Positions 37,077 to 48,800 of a stretch of DNA of 64,000 nucleotides are shown in pieces. The DNA comes from Takakia lepidozioides. Its lineage: Eukaryota > Plantae > Bryophyta. The notes beneath the pieces were generated by a model. That model saw only the letters and a list, made by a program, of their open reading frames with translations, ran no database searches and was not told the origin of the DNA. The stretch lies in NCBI GenBank assembly GCA_030704615.1, contig CM060731.1, forward strand, positions 46,376,001-46,440,000. Direction: 5' to 3'. Made by a program: the position numbers and the translations under genes. Positions within the stretch are counted from its first letter, which is position 1; each line of letters starts with the position of its first letter.

Positions 37077-39743
37077 TCAACGGAACTTGAAACCATCCAA
37101 AAAACTGAGTCTACTATCTACTTGCCTAAAAGTAGTGAAAACCTCAAGACAATCAACCTCATTGCCAACCTTACCCTTGCCTATGTAACTGCTCCGGACC
37201 TTGAATCCATCCTTCTCCTTAGTGTACTGTCCAGGATAATTGGGCATCTCTACTTCAGGGATGATCCAGTTCATGGACCATGAAATGTCTTCCTCCATGC
37301 TGAGCCCTGATGGCACCCATTTTGTACAAGTTTTCTTCAGGAAGACCTGGCGGGCGTACCGATGGTTGGGGAGCTTACCTATGGTCACTTGCATGCCTGC
37401 TATGTATAAATGGCAACCCTTGGACTCTCGTCTAAATCCCAGAAGAACTGCATCGATAGCTTTGTATATTGTTGACTATGGCACAACCATGAAGAGCGCC
37501 TCTTCCTTGCCGCTTTTGGTAAATTCCATGTACAAAACATCCACTGTTGCTTGCTCTGTGTCTCTTGTTCAATCAAGGTGGGAATCAACCGGGTCATGTT
37601 CCCAAGCGGTAATACCAGGGGCCTGTCTGCAATGACCCCTACAATGGCCCTTTCCACTAATGATCCCCCCACAACTGGATGCTTTCGACCTTGCAGCCCG
37701 AACTCTCTTTTGATAGCATTCAAGCAGGCTGAATCAAAGAACCTGCTAGTGTGCTTGTGTTTTTGAATCAGACGGACCAACTCACTTCCCACCAATCCAC
37801 AAGTGGGTGCACCAATACCATCAATGATCCGAAAATATTTGATGTCGATGCCTTTTGGTGGTTTAATCATGGGCGCTCCAAACAGATACTTAGTGACCCC
37901 ATCTAATAACTTCGGCAGCTGCCCCTTCTCGTTCGCAGACTCGAAAATGTTCTCCAGGTCCTCTTTCATTTTTCCGACTGCAGGTTGAGCTTGCAAAGCT
38001 TTCATGGCGAATTCGAAAGAAACCTTTTCCCCCTTATTAGATGTCTGCTGTATCGTTTCTTTAAGTGCATCATACCATGCTGACAAGTACACCGGAAGCC
38101 TCCCTGTGGCATCTAGCAAGATCTGCAGCTCCATGTCGTCTAGTAGCTCCTTGGTTTTTTCGCCATCCGTGATAGAACTGACAAATTTCCACCTCTCCCA
38201 ACACTCCAGTTCTTCATCCTGCCAAGACGATGACACGGATATCATAAAATATGAAATGCAGTTGGATCTGAGCACTGTTAGGCACAGCAAACAAGTCTCT
38301 CTAAGAAATCATGTGCAGATTAAGCAGCATTGGCAGGGACACATGAACTACCTCGAGGCCTTCATCCCATAGAAAGAGCTTAGCGGGGGGCTGCCCTGCG
38401 TGGAATGCTTTCTCCACAATCTCACAACTTGCCGATGCCACCCTCACCATACAGTGATTACAACACATCCGAAAAAGAATTGCCTTCAATGCTGCATCAC
38501 CTTCCACACATTGCCATTGGTCTAGCAACCAGAGCAGCAAAGTATCTGTGGCCTCACAGAAGTGAAGCAAGTGTTCCACAGTTTCTGCACTACCTAGTCT
38601 CTTCAAGCTCTTGTCGTCATCTCCAAATGCAACAAACAGAGCATCTCTCAGTATGAGAAATGCACGGTCGTCCTGCAGCATACCACAATCCATAACGGAT
38701 ACGACTCGCTTTCTTGTCTCTCCTGGTGCCCACTTTCGGTGAAATTCCTCGGTGAAATCAGATACGGCTGCTGCAAGAACGTGACTTTTTCCTGTTCCTA
38801 CCGGACCCACCACAAGACGGTTTCCAATAATTTCACTGTAGTGAGAAGGGGATCTAACACCGTCGTACAACTTAACAGTACAGTCATAACTTCGCTCCCT
38901 TTCAACAATGAGTTGCGAGATCAGTTGTCTCAATTTGGGATACTTGACCCTTCCCATATATGCGAATCGTCCATCATTGGTGGCAAATCGACAGCCGGTG
39001 GAGGCCCACTTCGCAATATCTGCAACTGGAAGCTTCAATTCCATCCATTCCGAACGAGACAATGGGTCGTCTGTCTTCAAATGATCCCTTAGACTCGAAA
39101 TGGAAGATACCATGCTCTGGGGAAGGAGTTTGCCTTCTTGATCACTACATATCCAAGGAAAACTTATGTCTAGTCAGTACAGATAGTGTTAAGTAGTAGC
39201 TTGCGAAAATTTCGCTGTTGGAAAGACTCAAAATTACATATAGCATAAGAAAATTAGCGGCAGGGATGCGGCCAGAAGTGCGAAAGAGATGGAGGATCAA
39301 GGACCTGTTTCACAGTGGTCTCTTCGAGGCTACGCTTCCTGCCAGCTTGTTATTCTTCTGCTTCTGCAACCTCAACCTCGGCCAGCTCTTCATTGAACCT
39401 GGGAAGAAGCAATCTTAGTTTGAAAACGTCAGTGGGCTTAGGACTGCGATGTTCATGCCTCATAAACTCCTCCTGCAGTGTGTAGCATGGTTCTAGGCGA
39501 TGCTGATTTGGGAGGTGTAGCACAGCGAAATGTGTGTGAGAAGCCTCAATGTACACCTGTGTTCCGGAGAACAGGTACTCCTCCTGTTCCAACCCCAGAG
39601 ACTTTCCTCTCTCCTAGTCGGAGTGCTTTAAGAATCTGATCTCTTGCTTCTAGAGTGGTGCTTTCTGACGGTAATCGGAGGATGCGGATCACCGTTTGTT
39701 TAATGCTCGGGATGTAGCATGATACGTATACCTTCATATCCAT
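37077..39743 (-). pseudogene. Crinkler/RHS-type (CR) protein: N-terminal header, P-loop NTPase, C-terminal restriction-endonuclease-like domain; disrupted
   Basis: Walker A LVVGPVGTGKSHVLAA (~38785-38808), Walker B-like LLWLLDQ, ATGRLPVYL, C-terminal AIDAVLL...AGMQVTIGK..H. GT-AG intron 38219-38351. Frameshifts near 39590 and 37590 and an in-frame stop near 37477. Confidence 0.65.
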
Positions 39744-41933
39744 CTTTATAAGAGTAACTTTCCGATATTGTTCTAGATGCTGCAAGGAAGAAAATTCTGA
39801 AACCGTGTGTTATCAGTAATTCCGGCTGTAATGGATTATGGCAGTGGCTGCCCAAGAGTTTAAACTCCGCAAACCCCGTTCAAGCTCTGTATACCATGCA
39901 AAGAACTGGAGCCCCTTCATACGAGGCACAAGATCGTCACACCCAACGCCTCGTCCTAGCTCGTGTAAGCATTCTCTACGTGATCATCCTCCGATTCTGA
40001 TCTTTGCCTGCAGTTAATGGTTACTTCAGCACTTTAATTTCCTTCTCGCATGATCTTTCCGTACATCTCACTCCCTTGCTTGTCAACAAGCCCACACCCA
40101 GCACTCATCTCTTTCTTCACTCCACATTGTCTATACCTAAAGCGGTTCCCTTGTCTCTCGCCTGCAGAATGGTGCGAAGCTTGGGATCAAGTGCAGCCAT
40201 CGCAGCAGCTGCGCCCACTGGGGCCTAAACATTCCACCCTTCCATTAGAATTAGGATTGATGAACTTTTGGGTTCAACTCATCATCCGTTACATACTAGA
40301 ATAGCTGCGGCTTAGAATAGCTACCTGTTAGGTAGTCTCTGGGTATGAGAAAACTAGTAGCTCTATATATTGAGCCTTGGGGAGAGGCAATCAATCTGTC
40401 CATAGGGCCTCTATGGTTGGGAGGAGAGCTCCTTTGTAATACAGTCATATTTTTTCATCCCTGAATCTTTAGAAGTACGTGTATGTTTCCTCACACCTTC
40501 GCCTCCAGGTATAGTGGCATTGGCTGGTCTTGGGTTCAAACCCTCGCTGTCCAATCCAACCACCAAGTCCACCAGGAAATTAATATATGTTTGGCTTAAT
40601 TTTGTGCGAGGAACCCGCAATTTCCAATGGAGAACTGTCCTAGTACTGCAAGGCTACACAAAAATCAGAGGCGTAACATCAAGCAATAACTTATCCTTTT
40701 GATTTCAGTTGGACCATCAATTGCGGATCAATCCGGGACAATAAACAAGCGGCTAGACGCAGGCTCCTTGTCCATTTCTCGTAAGGAATGGAGGCATTCT
40801 GGAGACATCTTGCCTAGAACGGAGAACTTGGCTTATCCATTTAGCTTAGTCTATGGAGGGTTGGTGGGACCCGCAATGGATAGAGGCATGGTGGAGACTG
40901 GAGACATCTAGCCTAGGGGGAGAACTAGGCGTATACATTAAGTCTAGTCTATGGAGGGTTGATGGGCATGATTGAAGAAGTCGTGCAAAAAGTATAAACA
41001 AAATCATTGAAAGAAGCAAGGACAGAGTCTCTTGTGGTGGAGCCCCTTGTTTTTCATAAATTGTTCATTAATCCCTAATGGACGAGGCGACCCGTGTCGA
41101 GTCGCATAAGGGTGGCTACAGAATTCATCCACGATGTAACTTCGTCGGATGACATCAGATGAAAACAATTTCTGACCGCAAGTTGTGCGCCTTGATGTCA
41201 TGCACCCACCTGTCTTTATGGCACCCTAAAATAATAAAATCCCTGCCGTCAGTGATTTTTTTAGTGTGCAGGGGTACCCAAAATTGGGTGGTTCAAGGCC
41301 CTCCAGCACCTTTGATCTAGTCACGTGGCAGGCTAAAGGGGTGAGGGGGCGATCAAAAGCCGGCGATGGGTTTAGGCATGGGGTTGCATGTCCGCCCGTG
41401 CGGACACACCAGGCACCCAAAATAATGATGATGACGGGCCCGGCAGGTGGGGGGAGCGGCTGGGTATCTTCTCGGGCACAGAGTCTCCAGCCTTCCTTGC
41501 ACCGTTGCTTACGGGCAATTTCTCTCGATTGTCGCTGCTTTATGTTTTTGCTGCACTTGTTTTTGCTATCGTCGCATGCAGGTGATTTGCAGGGGGGGGG
41601 GGGGGGGGCGGCTTCTATGTGTGCTCATTATGAGCGCAGCTCGAGCTGCACAACCACACATTTTCTATGCAGAAAACCAGTGGGAATTCTTCCGTTTTGC
41701 GAGATATGGCCTTGGAACTTGATCTTCCTGTTTTTTGTGCATTGACGATGTTGTTAGGGTTCAATTTGGAGGCGTTGCTGCTTGTACTACCTGCCGTCAC
41801 AGATGCTAATGTGCGCTGCTTTTGTGTGTGTTCATGTGTGCTGCATTTCTGTATCTTCATCTCGCATGTTTTCTACATAGGCTTGCATTCATTGGGGTGA
41901 GTTGGGGTAATCTGTGTAGGAGTTAGGGAATGG

Positions 41934-42365
41934 ATGGCACCTAAACGCAAAGCCTTGGATGAAGGTGAGCCACCACCACCTCCACTCGAGCTTGCAGGTG
42001 CAGCAGAGATTATAAGGGATTGGGCTGTGAAGGAGGAGCAGTGCAAGGTAATCTTAGGTTGCCTGTGTCCAGAGTTCTTATGTAGTTTGCCTCCACCGCC
42101 ACTTGCGAATCGGTGGCCTCGTCACCCACGTCCTCACAATTTCCGCTTCTTGTTTAGGCGTCAAGTCGCTCTTGTTCTTGGTTGGAGAGAGAGACGAGAA
42201 GAAGGAGACAAAGAGGGTTTTAGTGACGCCGTGAATTTGGTTCTGAGAGAAGATGTCTGGCCCGATGCCAACAGTCAAGCGTCTGAAGGACATGGGTCGT
42301 GCAAAGAGAAGTATTCCTTCAAGTGTGATGGCCCTTCCCAAAGGGATAGTGAGGAGAAAAAGTAA
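41934..42365 (+). CDS. Accessory ORF inside the piggyBac element, 143 aa, unknown function
   Basis: Open ATG ORF beginning with an NLS-like MAPKRK. Contains C..LGCLC and NFRFLFRRQVALVLGWRERR...DAVNLVLREDVWP. Confidence 0.45.
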   Translation: MAPKRKALDEGEPPPPPLELAGAAEIIRDWAVKEEQCKVILGCLCPEFLCSLPPPPLANRWPRHPRPHNFRFLFRRQVALVLGWRERREEGDKEGFSDAVNLVLREDVWPDANSQASEGHGSCKEKYSFKCDGPSQRDSEEKK

Positions 42366-42514
42366 TGTCCGTGGAGAGAATGCTGGAATTGGGAGATTGT
42401 GTGCAAGTCCTACCTTTTCCATTGACTCTCAAAGTGGAATTTTGAGTCAGACTCCAGTGATTCCCTCGTGGGATTGGCGAGGCCTACTTTGGGTGAGTTG
42501 CATCCCAACACGGG

Positions 42515-42834
42515 TGCGTTATTGAATGTGGGTGCTTCTTCCTCGGCTCCTGCATACCAGCACGATGGGGCCCATCCAGCTTTTGATGATTTGTTGGGGG
42601 ACGATGATGGGTACGTGGGTGTCGCGCACCTCACTTCTGTAAACTCCCCTTCAAGTCATAGTTACTCGCTTTGATGCGTTATTGAATGTGGGTGCTTCTT
42701 CCTCGGCTCCTGCATACCAGCACGATGGGGCCCATCCAGCTTTTGATGATTTGTTGGGGGACGATGATGGGTACGTGGGTGTCGCGCACCTCACTTCTGT
42801 AAACTCCCCTTCAAGTCATAGTTACTCGCTTTGA
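42515..42834. repeat. 160-bp tandem duplication spanning the piggyBac/LTR junction
   Basis: 42515-42674 and 42675-42834 appear identical. TGCG microhomology at the joint. Confidence 0.92.
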
Positions 42835-45800
42835 TGCGCGCGCCTGACTCCCAACCTGGCCGCCGGGCCAACTTGGAGCTTCGGCTGCTCACCGGGACAT
42901 AACGGTCCCCCTTCGCGCCCCCACTAAACCCTCCACCTATTTGGGCCTAGTGGAATTCCCTTTGGTAGATGGCAGTCCGGAACAGCTCCCCACTCTTTGG
43001 TCGCTTTCCGGCTCGCTCGCTTACTCACTAGTTTTTGGTCACCAACGGGCTTGCACCGTTCTCGGGGTTACTACTCCATATATATACTTCTGTAGCTGTC
43101 CGCGGGGGTTTCACAACCAGCCATGCCATTTTATGGCGAACCACCACGAAAACCCTCGACTCCCGGTGATGAGTCGCGGTGAGTCTTGGCCCACTCACCA
43201 CGGCACCTATGGACCGTGATGAGTCCCAAGACTCCCCACGACTCCCACCACGAGGTCTCCGCCCCCATGGTGAGTCCTATGCCACCCCCACTAAGTCCCG
43301 CTAAGCTACCACCACCCCTTGTGGAGCCACCCCCACCGCAACCCGGTGTACGGGGCTCCACCTAGTGAGCGCCTCCGCCTCCTTGAGTGCCTTGGGCACT
43401 CAAGGGTGCCTCAGCCCCCCATACCTATCGCTGCCGCTGCCCCCACCACAGGGGCAGCCCCTCATGTGTCCCGACCCCCCTGCTCTCAAAGCAAGGGGGC
43501 GCGACACACACCCCTACCAACAGGGAGTCGATGTCCTCATCGACTTGTCCATTTTGTAGAAACGAACATCCAAGTTGTGGCGTCCCACATCAAGGAGTTT
43601 GTTTCCGTAGCATGGCGTCCCATGGCAAAGAACCAAACCCCACACTTGACTCTACTTGTCGCGGCCCTTTGCCTTGAGGGCAGGGGGTCGGGACACATGA
43701 GGGGCTGCCCCTGTGGTGGGGGCAGCGGCAGCGATAGGTATGGGGGGCTGAGGCACCCTTGAGTGCCCAAGGTACTCAGGGAAGCGGAGGCGCTCACTAG
43801 GTGGAGCCCCGCACACCGGGTTGCGGTGGGGGTGGCTCCACAAGGGGTGGTGGTAGCTTAGTGGGACTTAGTGGGGGTGGCATAGGACTCACCATGGGGG
43901 CGGAGACCTCGTGGTGGGAGTCGTGGGGAGTCTTGGGACTCATCACGGTCCATAGGGGCCGTGGTGAGCGGGCCAAGACTCGCCGCGACTCACCACCGGG
44001 AATCGAGGGTCTTCGTGGTGGTTCGCCATAAAATGGCATGGCTGGTTGTGAAACCCCCGCGGACAGCTATAGAAGTATATATAGGGAGTAGTAACCCCGA
44101 GAACGGTGCAAGCCCGTTGGTGACCAAAAACTAGTGAGTAAGCGAGCGAGCCGGAAAGCGACCAAAGAGTGGGGAGCTGTTCCGGACTGCCATCTACCAA
44201 AGGGAATTCTCCTAGTCCCAATTAGGTGGAGGGTTTTAGAGGGAAGCGAAAGGGGACCGTTATGTCCCGGTGAGCAGCTGAAGCTCCAAGTTGGCCCGGC
44301 GGCCAGGTTGGAAGTCAGGCGCGCGCATCAAAGCGAGTAACTATGACTTGAAGGGGAGTTTACCGAAGTGAGGTGCGCGACACTTGGTATCAGAGCTTAG
44401 AGTTCAGTACGCGATTGTCCTTGGGATTGGCCTCATCATGGGGTCGGGCAAGCCGAAGCGAAAGCGGAACGGCCCAAAAGATGATGATCCCAGTGAGCCC
44501 GATGGGGGCGGCGTGTCACCGAGGCGGCCGTTTGAGGAAGCGATGCATGTTTCCAAAAACGAGGCCGCCCAAGAGCGGGAGGAATCCGAGGAGTCGGAGC
44601 CCGAGGAATCCTTGAGAGCTCCGACACACCAAGAGATGCCTCCCATGCCGGCAGCCTTTTGGGAAGGGTTGTTGGCGCAGTTTGGCGGGACGTTGAAAGA
44701 CGTGTTGAAGGCGGCTAATGCCACTTCCACTAAGGCAAAGTTTAAGGTGAAGCCTAAGGAACCAGGCACCTTCGAGGGCATCCAAAATCGGAAGGCACTC
44801 AACACCTGGCTCTTGGAGCTGGAGCAGTACTTCCGGGCGGCCAAGTTGAGTGACGAGGATCGCGTGGAAGTGGCTCCCACCTATTTGAGGGGCTATGCTC
44901 AACAATGGTGGCAGAAACGCCTTCACGACCGAGGTCCAAGTCCGGAAACCTTGAACTGGAGTGGGTTCAAGGAATTATTGAAGAGACAGTTTGTGCCCCT
45001 CAACGCGTCCTGGCTTGCCCGGGACAAGATGAAGAATTTGAAGCAAACAGATGACATTCGGGGGTACGTCCAGGCTTTCAATGTGCTGTTGCTCGAAGTC
45101 GCGGACATGGCAGAACCAGAAATGATCTTCAACTTTGTGGCGGGACTGGCCCCATGGGCCAGGCGGAAGTTGGAGGAGAAGCCACCCAAGACTTTGAACG
45201 AGGCAATTGAGAGGGCTGAATGTTTCTCGGATGTTCCTAGGGATGAAAGACAAGGCCGTACGGAGCTGAACCACAAGAAGATTCGGCGGGAAGGTGACTC
45301 CTTCCGACCGGAAAAGAAGTGGGATAGGCCACGCGGCGATAATGGCACGTGGAAATCGAAGGGAGGGCCTTCACACGTCAAGGCGGCACCCGGTGCTCCG
45401 AAAAGAAAAGCGGGTGGAGCGGCTTATGGCGGACAGAAGGCGACCTTTGATGGAGTGTGTTTCAATTGCGGGGAGCCCGGGCACATGGCCAAGAAGTGCA
45501 CGAAGCCCCGGCAATTGAACATGACTCGGGCGACCACGGAGCTGTCGGAAGATACCATCAGTCGCTTGGTGGAAGCGGTGGTCGCCAGGACTTGCAAGGT
45601 AGGCAAATTTTCTTGTGAGTTGTATCAGGAAACTGGCGCCTTACGAAAAGGGAGTCAGTTATTGTTCGTGGATGGGATAATATCCGGAACTAATGTGTCG
45701 TTGTTGGTGGACACAGGAGCGTCGCACTCCTTCATGACACCGGCAACAGCACAAAAGCTGGGACTCCCGACAAGTGACGTGGGGGCCTCTATTGAGGTGC

Positions 45801-48800
45801 GTTCTGCCAAAGGAGAACCACAGTTGGCGACAAGGTTGGCGATAGATGTTCCTCTTCAACTGGGGAGTTTGGGAGGGACGTGAAAACTTCACCATCTGCG
45901 AGATCGATGGAGTAGATCTCATTTTAGGGATGACCTTTTTGAGCAAATCCGGAGCGGTCATAGATGGCCGCAAGAGAGTAGTCACGCTACCATGTGGGAA
46001 TGGTGGCGAGGTCTTACGAGTGTCGGAAACGCCCAAATCCGTAGGAGGGCGAATAAACCTTCTGTCAACAAGGGAGTGGGCCGTGGAGGAGGCACACGAA
46101 CCCCAGTTCTTGCTTTACATTAGAGAAGTGAAGGGAGAAGGCGATGGGGAGCCGAGCCCAGATTGGATCAAGGGGATTTTGGAGAAATACCAGGATGTGA
46201 TGCCGGAGGAATTACCAAGCGGCTTGCCACCGCGAAGAGGAGTTGACCACAAGATTGAGGTGATACCGGGATCGGAACCGCCTGCCAAGGTGCCCTACCG
46301 GTTGAGCCACAGAGAGTTGGTCGAGCTGAAGACTCAGCTCAAGGATCTAATGTCAAAGGGGTACATCCGGCCGAGTAAGTCACCTTACGGAGCCCCGGTG
46401 CTATTTGCAGACAAGAAGGATGGGACGCTGCGGATGTGTGTCGATTACAGGGCTCTGAATAAGGTGACTATCAAAAACCGGTACCCTTTGCCAAGGATCG
46501 ACGACCTCTTCGATCGGTTGGCAGGAGCGAAGTATTTCAGCCGGATCGACTTGCGCTCCGGCTATCACCAAATTCGGGTGGCGGAAGGAGATGAGGAGAA
46601 GACCGCGTGCAGGACAAGGTATGGTTCATATGAGTTCTTGGTGATGCCTTTTGGGCTCACCAATGCACCAGCGACATTTAGCACGCTGATGAACAGCCTT
46701 TTCCAAGAGTGGTTGGATGACTTTGTGATCGTGTACATCGACGACATCTTGGTGTACTCGAAAACAAAGGAGGAGCACCTGGAGCACCTCAAAAGGATGT
46801 TCCAAAAATTGCGAGAAGGGAAGCTGTATGCCAAAGCTTCAAAGTGCGAATTCGGGGTCACAAAAGTGGAGTTCTTGGGGCATGTGATTACACAGGATGG
46901 GATCAAAATGGATGACAGAAGGGTGAGGGTGATCTTGGACTGGGAGCCTCCGACTTCGGTCCCGGGAGTGCGATCCTTCCTAGGACTCGCCTCCTATTAC
47001 CGGAAGTATGTGAGAAATTTCGCCAAGATCGCGGGGCCGCTGTCGGACCTTCTGTGTAAATCCAAAGTCTGGGTATGGAACACATTTTGTAGCCAAGCTT
47101 TTGCTGAATTGAAGCAGCGGATGACGGAAGCTCCAGTCTTGAAAATCCCGGAGTTCGATCGTCTGTTTGAGATTCATACAGATGCATCGGACTTCGCGAT
47201 TGCGGGTGTACTTATGCAAGATGGACGTCCAGTGGCTTACGAAAGTAAGAAACTGAATGAAGTGGAGCGACGGTGGCCGACGCACGAAAAAGAGATGAAG
47301 GCGGTGGTGCATTGCCTTGAGCTCTGGCGCCACTATGTTGGTTCCAACCTAGTGAAGGTGTTCACGGACAATGTCACGGTGAAGTATTTTGCCACGCAGC
47401 CCAAGTTGTCCCCAAAACAACTTAGGTGGCAAGATACTTTGGCAGTGTTCGACGTGGATATCCAGTACAAACCGGGACGGGACAATGTGGTGGCCGATGC
47501 TTTAAGTAGAAAGCAGCAGCTCTTGTTGGTGTACAAGGGCGAGACGGCACTCCAAAGGAAGATCCGGAAGGCTTGCCGGAAGGATGAGCTGGCGAAGTCC
47601 GTGATGCAGGACTTGAGGATGGGGGTTAAATCGCAGTTCCACTTGCAAAATGGACTGCTCCGGTATAAGCAAAAGCGTCTCTACGTGCCGAAGGGAGGGA
47701 TCAGGGATAGTCTCTTGAGAGTAGCCCACTTGCGGGCCACGGTGGAGCCAAGCGCACTGCGGCACTCTTGAAGAAAGAGTATTTCTGGCCCAAATTGAGG
47801 GAGGAGGCAGAGGAGTATGTCAAGACATGCACCACATGCCAACAAAACCGGAGCGAGTACAAAAAGCAAGCGGGGCTGTTACAACCCTTGCCGGTTCCAG
47901 AGGGGACTTGGGAAAGCGTCTCGATGGATTTCATGACTGCTATGCCGTTGTCAAAAGGATTCGATGCAATCATGGTGGTGGTAGATAGGTTCAGTAAAAT
48001 GGGCCATTTCATCCCCACCAAGGAGACGGCAACGGCGCAGGAGACAGGGCGACTTTACTTCGCCCACGTCTTAAAGCATCATGGAGTCCCGAAGGATATT
48101 GTCTCGGACCGCGATCCAAAGTTTACGAATAAATTCTGGAGAGCACTTTGGAAGAAGATGGGGACGAGGCTGAAGATGAGCACCGCCTTCCGACCTACGA
48201 CGGACAGCGACCAAAGAGTGGGGAGCTGTTCCGGACTGCCATCTACCAAAGGGAATTCTCCTAGTCCCAATTAGGTGGAGGGTTTTAGAGGGAAGCGAAA
48301 GAGGACCGTTATGTCCCGGTGAGCAGCCGAAGCTCCAAGTTGGCCCGGCGGCCAGGTTGGGAGTCAGGCGCGCGCATCAAAGCGAGTAACTATGACTTGA
48401 AGGGGAGTTTACCGAAGTGAGGTGCGCGACACTACTCTCCACTAGCTAGTTCGGCCGACTTCCTCCAAGTCCCGGCCAAGGGTGGAGCCTCTCCAGCTCC
48501 TCCCAGTGCACTCTTCTTGGCCTACTTCAAGGCCAAGGAACGATCCTCCCCGAGGATCAAATCACCTTACTGCAACAACATTGCTTGCGACCGCTCATGA
48601 TGCCGCTTTTGGCATCACCTTGAGCAAGGGTTCACCTGGAACCCTCTTTGCCTAGGAAGATAACCTTGAACCAACCGTGCGCCCCAATTATTACAATTGG
48701 GTCCGCCTTGGAATGCTGGCCTGAGGTACGAGAACACGTCGAAGCCGCACTACGACTTCGTCCCGAGGCTACACGATTATAGTACGTGAACGGAAGCACG

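Noticed and set aside
40800-40965. Degenerate ~100-bp tandem duplication; also a 29-bp direct repeat at 60609-60671, poly-G near 41592 and (TA)n near 58270
   Set aside because: Ordinary small-scale repeats with no further structure.
42941-44340. Pro/Gly-rich ORFs in both orientations
   Set aside because: They lie within GC-rich LTRs and recur simply because the LTR is repeated.
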